Shown here piece by piece: positions 8,310-18,730 of a stretch of DNA of 46,101 nt; position 1 is the stretch's first letter; each line of letters begins with the position of its first letter. Where the stretch lies: NCBI GenBank assembly GCA_044376115.1, contig JBILLK010000046.1, positions 1 through 46,101 on the forward strand, read 5' to 3'. Made by a program: the position numbers and the translations under genes. The notes below the pieces were generated by a model, which did no database searches, was not told where the DNA came from, and saw nothing but the letters and a program-made list of their open reading frames with translations. The DNA is from Polyangiaceae bacterium. GTDB taxonomy: Bacteria; Myxococcota_A; Polyangia; Polyangiales; Polyangiaceae.

Positions 8310-8975
8310 TCAGCGAGGCAGCGGCATCGGCCCAACGCCCGCGATCTCGCGGAGGGTCCCGCGGGCTGAGCTGACCGCCTGCGTGAGCCACGAGCCGCCA
8401 AACAAGAGGAACAGCGCCAAGCAAACGAGACCGATGGGCCGCGCCGCACGGTCCCACAACGCGCGTCGTTCAAAGGGCACCAGACCGTCGACGATGCGAC
8501 TCCCATCGAGAGGTGGGAACGGAAGAAGGTTGAACGCCGTCATCGCCACGTTGGCCGTCAAGGCGAAGTCGAATACGCGCGAAAGTAAGGGCCTCGAGGT
8601 CGCGAGGTCTGGCACGCGCGCAGCGATCCCAAGGTCGATCAAGAGCAAGAGCAACGCCAAGAACGCGTTGGAAAGCGGGCCGGCTGCGGCGACCCAAATC
8701 ATGCCGCCGCTCATCGAGGCGCTGTTCCGGAAGCGGGTCGGCTCAACGGGGACCGGCTTGGCCCAACCGAAGGGGATCCCCAGCAGCGGAAGCAGCACCG
8801 TTCCAATCGGATCGAGGTGGGCCAGCGGGTCGAGCGTCATGCGGCCAAGCTTCTGCGCCGTGTCGTCGCCCAGGGCGAAGGCCGCACGCGCGTGGGCCCA
8901 CTCGTGCACCGCCAGCGAGATCCAAAGCGGTATCAGAAACAGGACGCGCTCGAGCAGCGTGCTGACGAGATTCAC
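8310..8975 (-). CDS. site-2 protease (peptidase M50) family protein
   Basis: HEWAH zinc motif, AAAGPLSN, FNLLPFPPLDG. Confidence 0.92.
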   Translation of the reverse strand: MNLVSTLLERVLFLIPLWISLAVHEWAHARAAFALGDDTAQKLGRMTLDPLAHLDPIGTVLLPLLGIPFGWAKPVPVEPTRFRNSASMSGGMIWVAAAGPLSNAFLALLLLLIDLGIAARVPDLATSRPLLSRVFDFALTANVAMTAFNLLPFPPLDGSRIVDGLVPFERRALWDRAARPIGLVCLALFLLFGGSWLTQAVSSARGTLREIAGVGPMPLPR

Positions 8976-8981
8976 CTCGCT

Positions 8982-10472
8982 TCACCCAACGTCGAGCTGT
9001 GGCGCCGCGGCCGTACGCAGCAGATCGTGTGGACCTACAGCCTCGACAGAAGCCTCGGCCGTGATCGAGACGATCTGCGCACGACTCAGCACCGTCATCC
9101 CGTCCGCGCTGAGCAGCTTCAGCGAGAGCGGATCCGCCCAGATCAAGCTGCCGCTCCTCGTGTCGCCCGAGAGGAGGCGGATTCGCACGGCGAGAGGACT
9201 CGAAGGTTGCGCCAAGCCCGAGCTGGCTTCGGCTAGGAAGGTGTCGAGCTTGTCGAGCTGGGTCGACTTGCGCGTGAGGCTGGAGACCGCGTTCACCAAA
9301 TCCGCCTGACGAAGCTGTGGCGGGGTGTCCCCGCGCCGCACGGCCGCCATGGCTGCGGTGTTGCAAATCTGCTCGAGCTCGGCGCCGCTCGCATCGCCCG
9401 CCAACTCGGCGATGGCGTTGAGATCGACCTCGGAGGCGAGCGGTTTGGAGCGCGTGTGAACGCGCAAGATCGCCACGCGATCCGCGAGGGTGAAGTCCCC
9501 GACGCGCAGGATCATGTCGAAGCGGCCCGGGCGCAGTAGCGCTGCGTCGAGGACGTCGGCGCGATTCGTCGCTGCTACCACCACCACGCGGCCACGGGCT
9601 GTGAAGCCATCCAAGCAGGACAACATTTGGTCGAGGGCTTGCTCGCGCTCTTGGTGCATCAACGCGGAACCACCACCGCGCTTACGGCCGATGGCGTCGA
9701 GCTCGTCGATGAAGATGACGCAAGGAGCCTTCTTCTTCGCCTCCTCGAATAGGTCGCGCACGCGGGCCGCTCCCACGCCGACGAACAACTCGACGAACTC
9801 CGAGCCGACCACCTCGAAAAAGGGCAACTTGGCCTCGCTCGCCAACGCTTTCGCCAGCATGGTTTTTCCGAAGCCAGGTGGCCCTTCCAACAAGATGCCG
9901 CGCGGAGCACGGGCTCCGGCCGCCTCCCACTTTTGTGGGTTCTGCAGAAAGTCGACCGTGTCCTTGAGGAAGCGCTTGGCCTCCTCCGCACCGCCAACGT
10001 CGTTCCAGGTGACTTGGGGTTTGGTTGCGACGAGCCTCGCCGTGGTCTTGCGCAGCCCGAAGATCGAGGTCCCTTGTTGGCGTGCCCGACGAACAAGCAG
10101 GTACGCGAGCAGAACCACCACGCCCAGCCCGATGAGGAGGTACCGCACGCCTGAATCGGCTTCGTTGCTCACGTCTTCACCACGCCAATCGATCGGAATG
10201 TTGGCCTGCTCGAGCCGCGCCTTGAGGACCTGCGTGTAAGGCGTTTTGGCCCGATAGCTCTCCCCTGTTTGGAGCTCCGCGTAGACGCGCTGCCGTTGGT
10301 CGATCTCGACGTGGGTGACTTGCCCGCGGTCGAGGTCGCTGTAGAAAACGTCAGCGCCGACTTCGCGCACGCCGTCGTTCGCTGGCTCATTTGGTTGGAG
10401 AGCGAAGTAGATCCCGATGAACACGGCCACAATGGCGAGCCACACGAGCAGCGTTTTGGCGGCGCGAGACAT
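8982..10472 (-). CDS. membrane-anchored FtsH-like AAA+ ATPase lacking the M41 domain, with a C-terminal Sm/Hfq-like region
   Basis: Two TMs flanking an extracellular domain; GPPGFGKT, IIFIDELD, AATNRADVLDAALLRPGRFD; no HExxH after the AAA lid. Confidence 0.85.
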   Translation of the reverse strand: MSRAAKTLLVWLAIVAVFIGIYFALQPNEPANDGVREVGADVFYSDLDRGQVTHVEIDQRQRVYAELQTGESYRAKTPYTQVLKARLEQANIPIDWRGEDVSNEADSGVRYLLIGLGVVVLLAYLLVRRARQQGTSIFGLRKTTARLVATKPQVTWNDVGGAEEAKRFLKDTVDFLQNPQKWEAAGARAPRGILLEGPPGFGKTMLAKALASEAKLPFFEVVGSEFVELFVGVGAARVRDLFEEAKKKAPCVIFIDELDAIGRKRGGGSALMHQEREQALDQMLSCLDGFTARGRVVVVAATNRADVLDAALLRPGRFDMILRVGDFTLADRVAILRVHTRSKPLASEVDLNAIAELAGDASGAELEQICNTAAMAAVRRGDTPPQLRQADLVNAVSSLTRKSTQLDKLDTFLAEASSGLAQPSSPLAVRIRLLSGDTRSGSLIWADPLSLKLLSADGMTVLSRAQIVSITAEASVEAVGPHDLLRTAAAPQLDVG

Positions 10473-10643
10473 GGCCGCAAAGCTACACGGAGAGGAGCTC
10501 AGCTGGCCAGCTACGGACGAGGCGGACCGAGCCCTCTCAGCGCTGGCGCTCGCTCGGAGGCGCAGCGTCATGCGGATACGACCCATCCGCCGAGCGCAGA
10601 CGGACGGAGGCATGCGCTGCGCGGGCCCACGTAGGATGCGCCG

Positions 10644-11372
10644 ATGAGAACCCTCGGAATCGATCTCGCGGCACAAGCAAAAGGCACCTTCCTTTGTGAG
10701 CTTGTTTGGGAAGCGGGTGGCGTCTCGATCGCGGAACTGCGGGTCAATCGTAGGGACGACTCGGATGGGGATCTTCGCGCTGCGATGGCGCGCTCGGACA
10801 TCGATAGGATCGGTGTGGACGTGCCCTTCGGTTGGCCCGACGCGTTCGTCGCGTTGATGAAGAGCGAGTCGAGTGTGGAGTCTTGGCAGGAGAAGGGCTC
10901 GAGGAAGCTGCGGCTCCGCGAGACCGACATCCATTGGGCAGACTCGAAGCTCAATCTCACACCCATTTCGGTGACGATGGATCGCATCGCGGCGCCTGCG
11001 ATGCGCTGGCGGTTGCTCACGCGGAAAGACGGAGTGCCGAGGAACGCGAACGAGGTCTATCCGGCTGCGGCGTTGAAGCTTTGGCAGCTCCCGAGCCAGG
11101 GCTACAAGCAGCCTGGACAGAGGAACGTCCGCAACGAGATCGTCGACAAGCTTGGCGGCGAGCTGCGTCTGGCAAAGAGCGACCACATCGAGTTGATGCG
11201 CAAGCAAGCGGATGCACTCGATGCCTTCGTGGCAGCCCTCGTGGCGCGAGCGGTCGCGCTCGGATGCACGCAGTCGCCACCCATCGAGATGGCGGAGGCC
11301 GCGGCGCGAGAGGGTTGGATTCACGTGCCGAGCTGCTCGCTTCAGACGCTTCTCGACGCGAAGCTGGGCTAG
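10644..11372 (+). CDS. DUF429 family predicted nuclease (RNase H-like)
   Basis: GIDLAA, IGVDVPFGWP, EVYPAAAL, DALDAFVAA motifs. Confidence 0.85.
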   Translation: MRTLGIDLAAQAKGTFLCELVWEAGGVSIAELRVNRRDDSDGDLRAAMARSDIDRIGVDVPFGWPDAFVALMKSESSVESWQEKGSRKLRLRETDIHWADSKLNLTPISVTMDRIAAPAMRWRLLTRKDGVPRNANEVYPAAALKLWQLPSQGYKQPGQRNVRNEIVDKLGGELRLAKSDHIELMRKQADALDAFVAALVARAVALGCTQSPPIEMAEAAAREGWIHVPSCSLQTLLDAKLG

Positions 11373-11423
11373 CGCAGCAAGGCAAAGAGCGAGCCACTCG
11401 GCCGCGGTAACGTATGGAGCGAG

Positions 11424-12351
11424 ATGACAGCAAGGGACCGATACACGCGCGCCCTGGAGGCCCGCGGGCTCTCTCCAGTCGACGCAACAACGTTGGCTGC
11501 CGCCGCGTTCAAGCTCGTTGATGCGAAGACGCGGACGCCCCTTCTCGACGGCCTCGCAGCCCGGCTCTTGGAGGCTGATTGGGCTGCCCTCCTCGGCACG
11601 GTGGTGGAGGCGCAAGCGCGGGGGCCCGAAGGGCCGCGCGCCGCGGCGTGGCGGCGCCTTTACGTCGCGGGCTGCCCGATCGACAACATTCACCGCACGT
11701 TGTGGCACGCGTTTCAGGATCCGGAAGCGGACATCCAAGATTGGACCTGGCTCCCGCGAGAGGCCGCAATGGCGAACCTCGAGCGCTACGTGCAGCTCGA
11801 ATTTCCGCGCGTCGGATCGATGCGCTATGGCGTGGGGCTAGGCTGCGAGACGCTCCTCGCCAACGCGACAGGCGCCTTTCGTGAGCTCGTCCGGCTGGGC
11901 AGTTCGCACATCTTCCTTGGGCAGACGCTCAACCTCTGCCGCAACGTACTCTCGCCCGCGTTGCGGGCTCGGGTCGACGCGCGCGCGGCGCTCCACGCCC
12001 CCGTGACGGAGTCGATCGACAAGGAGCCGTGGCAGGAGGAACTCTTGGAGCTGGAGGAGGTCGATGAACTCGTCTTGCAGCGGTGGCTGGATGCGCTAAA
12101 CGAGATGCGGAAAACCGGCGCTGCAGTCCATGACCGGAGCGCGGATCGCTTCGCGCTCGCCGGTGAGACCCTCGCGCCGCGACGCATTCGGCCTCGACCC
12201 GCTCCGGAAGCGCCAGCTGCGCGCACCGCCCAGGTCGCTCCTCGCGCGCCTGCAGGCCGAGCTCGAGCCCTGGCAACAAGAGGTGACGTTGGATTCGATC
12301 GACGTCGTCGACCCGCTGGAGTGGCTCGGTTGGGTCGCCGACAACGTTTGA
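11424..12351 (+). CDS. hypothetical protein, possibly frameshifted near 12130-12200
   Basis: Helical protein-like sequence to about aa 235; the alternative frame 12130-12351 looks like its C-terminus. Confidence 0.4.
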
Positions 12352-12554
12352 GGTCTACCGCACGGCTGAACCACCGCACTCAACACCACGCTCGCGAGCG
12401 TTCCCAAGCAGCGAGGCGAACTCCCTCGTGGTCGAACCGGGTGAGCTCAACATCCCGTGGTTGGGTCTCGGAGCGTCTCCTGGGCCGCAAATTCGTCTCA
12501 CCGCTGCTGGACCGAGTGCTTGACGGTGGCGAGTCCTGGCGCGATGGTTCGTTC

Positions 12555-13598
12555 ATGAGCGAGTGGAACCGGCATCGCGTCAGCGTGGTCATGACGGTTT
12601 TCAACAGCACGAGCTTCCTGGGGGAGGCGATTGAGAGTGTGCTGGCCCAGGAGGAGCCAGACGTTGAGCTGTTGATCGTGGATGACGGCTCCACGGAGGA
12701 TGTGCGTGCTGCACTTCGCCCTTATGAGGGCAAGCACCGCTACATCCGGAGGGAGAATGGTGGGCTCGGTGCGGCGCGCAACACCGGTCTCGAGGCTGCA
12801 CGCGGCGAGTTCATCGCCTTCTGCGACTCCGACGACGTGCACCTGCCGTTCCGACTTTCGGCGCACGCGGCTTGCCTCGCGCAGGCACCACGCGCGGCGC
12901 AGGTCTTCAGCGACCTGCGCACCTGGGATGGCGGCCGTATCACCGTCGAGTCCACGCTGCGCGATTCGACGCGGTCCCTCGGTCCGGTGCGCGGCACGTT
13001 TGACGAGGCGGTTGCACGCTGCTTCGCAGCTCCTCAGCGCGCGAGTGAGCTGGGGGTGCGGTTGCCTCCGGAGTTCGCTGATCGCAACGTGTTCCGCGGT
13101 CACGTGCCCCAGCTGATCGCTGTCGACCACATCGCTTGGGGCGGCGCTTCGATGTTTCGACGCGACGCGCTGATCGCCGTTGGCGGTCACGATCCAGCGC
13201 TCCGTCGCTGGCCCGACTGGGGTCTGGCCTCCAAGCTCTCCAAGAGCTACGAGCTGGTTTTCCTCGATGTTCCGGTGCTGCTTTATCGCCAACATGGGGC
13301 CCAGCTAACGAAGCAACAGGACGTCGGTTCGCGTTGCTACTTCCACGTCGCGCAAACGGTCTGGCTCAATGACCCGGTGTTTTGCGCGCAGTTCCCCGAT
13401 GAGCGAGACAGGCTGACCCACGAAGCGACGCTGCGCATGGCTGGCGTCCACGTGCGCGCCGGTGAGTGGGCGGAGGCCAAGGCGCTGTTGGCCCGCGCCA
13501 TTCGCGCGAATCCGCAAAGTCGCGGCGCTTATACCGCCTGGTTGCGCTCGAGCTTCATGCTCCAGCTCGGTCGCGTCCGGAAGCCGCGGGCGGCGTAA
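12555..13598 (+). CDS. glycosyltransferase family 2
   Basis: VSVVMTVFN, LIVDDGS, ENGGLGAARNTG, AFCDSDD. Confidence 0.92.
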   Translation: MSEWNRHRVSVVMTVFNSTSFLGEAIESVLAQEEPDVELLIVDDGSTEDVRAALRPYEGKHRYIRRENGGLGAARNTGLEAARGEFIAFCDSDDVHLPFRLSAHAACLAQAPRAAQVFSDLRTWDGGRITVESTLRDSTRSLGPVRGTFDEAVARCFAAPQRASELGVRLPPEFADRNVFRGHVPQLIAVDHIAWGGASMFRRDALIAVGGHDPALRRWPDWGLASKLSKSYELVFLDVPVLLYRQHGAQLTKQQDVGSRCYFHVAQTVWLNDPVFCAQFPDERDRLTHEATLRMAGVHVRAGEWAEAKALLARAIRANPQSRGAYTAWLRSSFMLQLGRVRKPRAA

Positions 13599-15534
13599 CG
13601 AAGCGGGCGGGTGCGCCCGTGCGCATGGTTGGCGTGGCGGCAAGCTCAACCTGCTGGCCCCCGAGCCCGCGCGCGTACCAAAGCTCAAACATCAGCGCCT
13701 GCCATAGGCGTGCCCCGTGATCGACCAAGCCCAACTGGTGCTCGAACCACAGCCGCTTGAGCTTGGTTTCACCGAGGAGCCGACTGCGCCCACTGCCAAA
13801 GAGCCGCTGCTCCGTTGCGACCTTCATCTCGCCTCGCAGCCAGTTCCGCAGCGGCACTGCGAAGCCTTGCTTCTCTCGCTCGAAGAAGGACGGCGGAATG
13901 TCTGGCTCAACCGCCTTGCGCAGCACCTTCTTCGACACCTTGCCATCGAGTTTGTGTCGCGAGGGAATGCGGGCTGCGTACTCGATCACGCGATAGTCGA
14001 GTAGCGGACAGCGCACCTCGAGGGCGTGAGCCATGCTCGCGCGGTCCACCTTGACCAGGATGTCGTCGCAGAGCAGGCTCTTGGTATCGGCGTAGAGCAT
14101 GCGCGCGAGCGGATCATCGGTGCCCGAGCGGGCATAGAGCTCGCCCATCGTGTCGTACGGATCGTAGTCGCCCAGCCCGCGCAGCGTGTCCCCCGCGAGC
14201 AGCTCGGAGTACCACCACGGTTGCGGCAGCAGGTTGGCGTAGGCCGTGCGATCCCCACCACCGGCTGCGCGATAGAGGAGCCGGTTCTTCTCGTACAAGG
14301 GGCGCTGGTAGCGGCTCACCTGGAACAGCTGACGCAAGGGCCAAGCTGCAAGTTGCCACGCTAGTTTTGGAAGGCGACCGTGGATGTTTTGTGCCCAACG
14401 ACCTTCGGGATAGTGGTCATACCCGGCGAACGTCTCATCGCCGCCGTCTCCGGAAAGCGAGACCGTGACGAGCTCGCGCGTCTTCTGACAGAGGAAGTAG
14501 GTCGGCGCGGCGGAGGAGTCCCCGAAGGGCTCATCGTAGAAGTACGAAAGCTGCTCAGCGATTCCGCCCGCCTCGCTGCTCAGCACCTGAACGTGATGGC
14601 GCGTGTGGAAACGCTCGGCGATCTCCTTGGCGTAGCGGCGTTCATCGAACGCTGCTTCTTGAAAGCCAACGGCTTGCGTGATGACCGGCTGGTCGGAAGC
14701 GCGTGCCATGCTGGCTACGACGATCGAGCTGTCGAGGCCACCGGACAGGAAGGCGCCAAGCGGAACATCCGAGCGCATGCGAAGCCGCACCGCGTCGGCG
14801 ATCAGCTCGCGCAGCTTCTCAGCGTGGGCCTCCAGGCTGGTGCTCTCGTCGGGATCACGGAAGTCGAGGTCCCAATACTGGAAGGTCGATAGCTGCCCGT
14901 TCTTGCAGCGCAGCGCGTGTCCCGCTGGGAGCTTGGCGATGTTGCGGTAGATGCTCTTGGGCGCCGGGACGTAGGAGAGCGCGAAGTAGTCGGCGACGGA
15001 AGTCGCGTCGATCACGCGTGGCACCATCGGGTCTGCGATGATTGCCTTCAGCTCCGAGGCGATCAGCACGCGCTCGCGGTCGGCGTAATAATAAAGCGGC
15101 TTCTTACCAAGGCGATCCCGTGCCACGAACAGCTCGTGCGTCTCGCGATCGTAGATCGCGAAAGCGAACATGCCGTTGAGCCGCGCGAGGCAGCCTTCAC
15201 CCCAAGCGGCGTACGCGAGCAACAACGTTTCGGTGTCCGAGTCTGTGGAGCACGGAAAACCCGCCGCTGCGAGCTCGGGTCGCAGCTCGCGGTAGTTGTA
15301 GATCTCGCCGTTGAAAACGATCGCGTAGCGACCGGTGCGATCGAACATCGGCTGTGCGCCGCCCGCGAGATCGATAATGGAGAGGCGCCGGTGACCGAGC
15401 CCCACGCCTCGGCCGACCCACACCCCGCCGCCGTCTGGACCGCGGTGTAGGAGAGTCTCGGTCTGAGCGAGCACCTTTTCCGCTTCAATCGGGCGCTCGC
15501 GATCGAACGAGTACACCGCAACGATTCCGCACAT
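13555..15534 (-). CDS. asnB: asparagine synthase (glutamine-hydrolysing) family amidotransferase
   Basis: MCGI N-terminus, HRGPD, GHRRLSIID, FNGEIYNY, LSGGLDSS, SGDGGDE, KQGF. Confidence 0.95.
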   Translation of the reverse strand: MCGIVAVYSFDRERPIEAEKVLAQTETLLHRGPDGGGVWVGRGVGLGHRRLSIIDLAGGAQPMFDRTGRYAIVFNGEIYNYRELRPELAAAGFPCSTDSDTETLLLAYAAWGEGCLARLNGMFAFAIYDRETHELFVARDRLGKKPLYYYADRERVLIASELKAIIADPMVPRVIDATSVADYFALSYVPAPKSIYRNIAKLPAGHALRCKNGQLSTFQYWDLDFRDPDESTSLEAHAEKLRELIADAVRLRMRSDVPLGAFLSGGLDSSIVVASMARASDQPVITQAVGFQEAAFDERRYAKEIAERFHTRHHVQVLSSEAGGIAEQLSYFYDEPFGDSSAAPTYFLCQKTRELVTVSLSGDGGDETFAGYDHYPEGRWAQNIHGRLPKLAWQLAAWPLRQLFQVSRYQRPLYEKNRLLYRAAGGGDRTAYANLLPQPWWYSELLAGDTLRGLGDYDPYDTMGELYARSGTDDPLARMLYADTKSLLCDDILVKVDRASMAHALEVRCPLLDYRVIEYAARIPSRHKLDGKVSKKVLRKAVEPDIPPSFFEREKQGFAVPLRNWLRGEMKVATEQRLFGSGRSRLLGETKLKRLWFEHQLGLVDHGARLWQALMFELWYARGLGGQQVELAATPTMRTGAPARFVTPPAASGRDRAGA

Positions 15535-15648
15535 GAGGCGCCGGACTCTACCAGGTTGTGGTTCGTTGGACGAGCCGAACGTCGAAAGGCACGCTGCTCA
15601 GCGTGCCCTCGAGCTGCGAAGTTTCAGCGGGCGCGGGGCCCAGCTTGC

Positions 15649-18009
15649 TCAGCGCGCAATGCCGCAATCGACGGTTTCGGTCGCCGATTGATTGTTGTCG
15701 GTCCGACACTCCGCCCAGCCCGGATGCACACCGTTCTCGTCGACGATGGCGTAGATCTTGGTGCCGTCTTGCAGCGGCGGATCGATCACGAGTGAAACGG
15801 CCTCCGATTCCGCTGGGTAAAGCGAGGACTGGGTTTCCGCCTGGCCGAGCAGCTCGCCTGGAGGATTGCCTTTGTAGAAGGTGACTGCCACGCCCGCCGG
15901 GAGCGCCGCCTCACCCAAGTTACGCACCGTCGCGACCAAGCGGAACTCGCCCACACACGCTTCGTGCACTTGAACGACAGCGTCCGGTGCAGCGAACTCA
16001 CTGCCAGGCTGCTTATTTTGCCGGAAGTTGTTCAGCCCAGGTTGGGTCCAGTTATCAAGCTCGTCTTGCGGCACGGTGCCGTCCTCGGCCACGTTGGTCA
16101 CGTGATACGCGTGCTGATTCCAGACTCTCCGCGTGCGGACCCAACTGGCATCGCCTGACCCGAAGACGTTCACGCCTGCCTGTGCGTCGTTCACCCCGTC
16201 ATTGCAGCTGAACTGCGGTAGACCGAAGAAGGACGCGTTGGCGACGGCGACGATGTCGGCGTGGCCGTCGTTGTCGACGTCCGCCACGACTGGGTTCTCG
16301 ATCAGCGTTGCGTTGGTGTTGCAGGTCTCCCAGAGCACGGCGCCGGTGGGGCCGTCGTAGATGCGGAGCCGTTCCTGGTCACCGTAGACAACCTCCGCGA
16401 TGCCATCACCGTTGAAGTCGAACACGGTGCTGCCGGTGGAGGCGGAGGAACAGTCCACCGTCGCGTTCAGCCACACGATGGTGTCGTTGCCCTCGAGCGC
16501 TGGGTTCATCAAGTTGACCCCGTTGAAGACTGCATAGCCGATGGCTCCGGCTGCTGCGACGTCGGGAACTCCGTCGCCTGTGAAGTCGGCGATGGTGGGG
16601 GGACCACCACCGTGGAGATTGCCCCAGAAGCCCGTACCGCACGTGAGATTCGGGATGCCCCCGTTCAGATCGAAGGGCTCGCGGATCAGATCAAAGCCCC
16701 CGGGGGAGCCGGGGTTGACTCGCCAAACCAGCAGTTGGCGGTCTTGATTGTGCACGACGACGATTTCAGGAACTCCATCGCCGTCGAGATCTCCAATCGC
16801 GGGCCACGGGCTTTTCCAATCGGCGGTGAGGTAGAAAGAGCCGGTCGTCGCGAGCTGCGTGTCGAGCACCATCGTCCCATCCGAGTGGTAGACCTGGCTG
16901 CCGGTCACCACGTCGAGTTCACCGTCGCCGTCCACGTCGCTTACGACGAAGGAGCCAGCGAGGGGCTGGCTAAAGGGGTGCTCGAGCGAGCCGGTTACTC
17001 CGTCCAGGATGCCGCCTTCGACAACCACCTCCACATCACCATCTCCGTCCAAGTCGGCGATGGAGGGCATGAAGCAACCGACGGCCTCTGCCGTCGTCCA
17101 GAGTGTGGAGCCATCACCCCTGAAGGCCCGAACTCTACCGTCTAGCAGACAACCGATGACTTCGTTTCCGGCCGCGCCGTCGACGTTCGCGGCCGCAACT
17201 TGTTTGGTCGGGTGAATGCCCGGGGCAACCCATTTTTCGACCACGACGCCCTCAACGATGCTGATCGCGTGCAGCACGCCCACGCCCACGTAGTCGGCGC
17301 CTTGAAACGTGGAGAAGATGATTTCTGGGATATCGCGTTCGGTCACCTTGCCGTCGCAATCGTCATCATCGAGCGAGAGGACGACCGGAGCCATCATCAC
17401 GTCCGTAGCGAATGGCTGCCCCGAGAAGCCACCCCACGAGTACCTCAGCTGCGGATTGAGGGGTGCGTCGGGTATGATCTGACAGGTCGCTACGCACGTC
17501 GGATTGGCTGGATCCGGCTCGGTGCCATCCGGGCAGACCGGAGGCTTGGGGAGACACTTCCCGGTGCTGACGGGAGCACCAGCGATGCAGCCAGGAGGAA
17601 GGGGTTCGAGCGGCTCACCGAGGGCGAATTCGCAATACTCGTCCGGCGGGCACTCGGCCGACTCGGTGCATTCGATGCCGGGGGTTACGCAGGAGCCAAA
17701 CGAGCAGACGGTGGACTCGCCGCAACACACCGAGTTGCAGGCGAACTCCACAGGACAACATTCTTCCCCTTCGGTGCACACGCCCGTCGGCTCACCGTCG
17801 ACGATGCCGCATGGGTTTCCGAGCTCACATCCACCCGCTCCGCCGCCGCCGTCAAAGGAGGTCGTACTTCCGCCGCCTCCGGATGAGGGGCCGCCACCGC
17901 TCGCTCCGCTTCCGCCGCCTCCAGCGGGATTCCTGATGAACTCTGGGTCTCCACAAGCAGCAGCGGCTAGCAGCAAAATTGAAGGGTAAAGGCGCAAGTA
18001 ACCTAGCAT
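15649..18009 (-). CDS. FG-GAP repeat lipoprotein with Cys-rich region and C-terminal CARDB-like domain
   Basis: AAAC lipobox; repeated DxDGDG motifs; WNQHAYHVTNV; VRNLGEAA...ECRTDNN. Confidence 0.85.
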   Translation of the reverse strand: MLGYLRLYPSILLLAAAACGDPEFIRNPAGGGGSGASGGGPSSGGGGSTTSFDGGGGAGGCELGNPCGIVDGEPTGVCTEGEECCPVEFACNSVCCGESTVCSFGSCVTPGIECTESAECPPDEYCEFALGEPLEPLPPGCIAGAPVSTGKCLPKPPVCPDGTEPDPANPTCVATCQIIPDAPLNPQLRYSWGGFSGQPFATDVMMAPVVLSLDDDDCDGKVTERDIPEIIFSTFQGADYVGVGVLHAISIVEGVVVEKWVAPGIHPTKQVAAANVDGAAGNEVIGCLLDGRVRAFRGDGSTLWTTAEAVGCFMPSIADLDGDGDVEVVVEGGILDGVTGSLEHPFSQPLAGSFVVSDVDGDGELDVVTGSQVYHSDGTMVLDTQLATTGSFYLTADWKSPWPAIGDLDGDGVPEIVVVHNQDRQLLVWRVNPGSPGGFDLIREPFDLNGGIPNLTCGTGFWGNLHGGGPPTIADFTGDGVPDVAAAGAIGYAVFNGVNLMNPALEGNDTIVWLNATVDCSSASTGSTVFDFNGDGIAEVVYGDQERLRIYDGPTGAVLWETCNTNATLIENPVVADVDNDGHADIVAVANASFFGLPQFSCNDGVNDAQAGVNVFGSGDASWVRTRRVWNQHAYHVTNVAEDGTVPQDELDNWTQPGLNNFRQNKQPGSEFAAPDAVVQVHEACVGEFRLVATVRNLGEAALPAGVAVTFYKGNPPGELLGQAETQSSLYPAESEAVSLVIDPPLQDGTKIYAIVDENGVHPGWAECRTDNNQSATETVDCGIAR

Positions 18010-18363
18010 GCCGGTCAGAATCGCACAGTCACGGCCCGGCGTTTGCGAGCTTCGAGCCAGCTCACGAAAATTGCGGTGTCATTGGACGTTTATGTGCTCA
18101 CCAAAACCACACCTCGGGCGGAGTCGAGGCTCGGTTCGCCTCTGCTCGAGCTGCGCTCGCCGACGACTTCCCGCGCAGCACGGGCGGTCGCGACCTGCCC
18201 TGGTGACGTAGCGAAAGGGGCTGCGCGTCGCTCGAGCGCTTGATGCGGTATCGAACGGCCGAATGTCGCTGGCGGATGCGGACGAGCGCGGCTGGGCCTG
18301 GCGCTTGAGACGCAGCATGAACCGTCGTAGTTTGTGAGAGCAGTCTCTCGTTTCTTTAGCTCG

Positions 18364-18730
18364 ATGAACACACTCCCAAGCCTCATCGACGCGATGTACG
18401 GCGCCACGTTCGCGGAGGAGCCCACCTTCCGTGCCCTCTTTGGCCGCATCGCGCGGGCGGTTGGAGTCGAGGCTTGCGGCAGCAAAACCGAGTGGATCCG
18501 AGCCCAGGGGCCGTCGGGGCGGACGATGGAACAGACCTGGCACGGCCTTCCCTCGGGGTTTGAGCAGGCGTTCGTCGCTGAGTATTGGCGCGAGGATCCA
18601 TGGACCCAGGGCTCGCGCCGCTTCGCGGTCGGGGAGTTCATGCTCTCGCGAGAGGCACTGCCGCAGCGCGACCTCGTGCGTACCCGCTTCCACGCCGAGC
18701 TGTGTGTTCCCTTCGGCCTCCACGACGCGA
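18364..18730 (+). pseudogene. N-terminal fragment of a GAF/LuxR-type regulator
   Basis: LIDAMYGA...YWREDPW...TRFHAELCVPFGLHD, after which the frame degenerates; no HTH present. Confidence 0.55.

Noticed and set aside
10473..11738. 918-aa version of the FtsH-like ORF
   Set aside because: The upstream extension is the antisense shadow of the DUF429 gene; the real start is likely MSRAAK at 10472.
11424..13598. 724-aa fusion of a hypothetical protein with GT2
   Set aside because: The linker is Arg/Ala-rich off-frame-like sequence; GT2 most likely starts at 12555.
12555..15534. AsnB + GT2 as a lasso peptide or other biosynthetic cluster
   Set aside because: AsnB has an intact glutaminase domain, and there is no precursor, B protein or transporter; it is more likely glycan-related.
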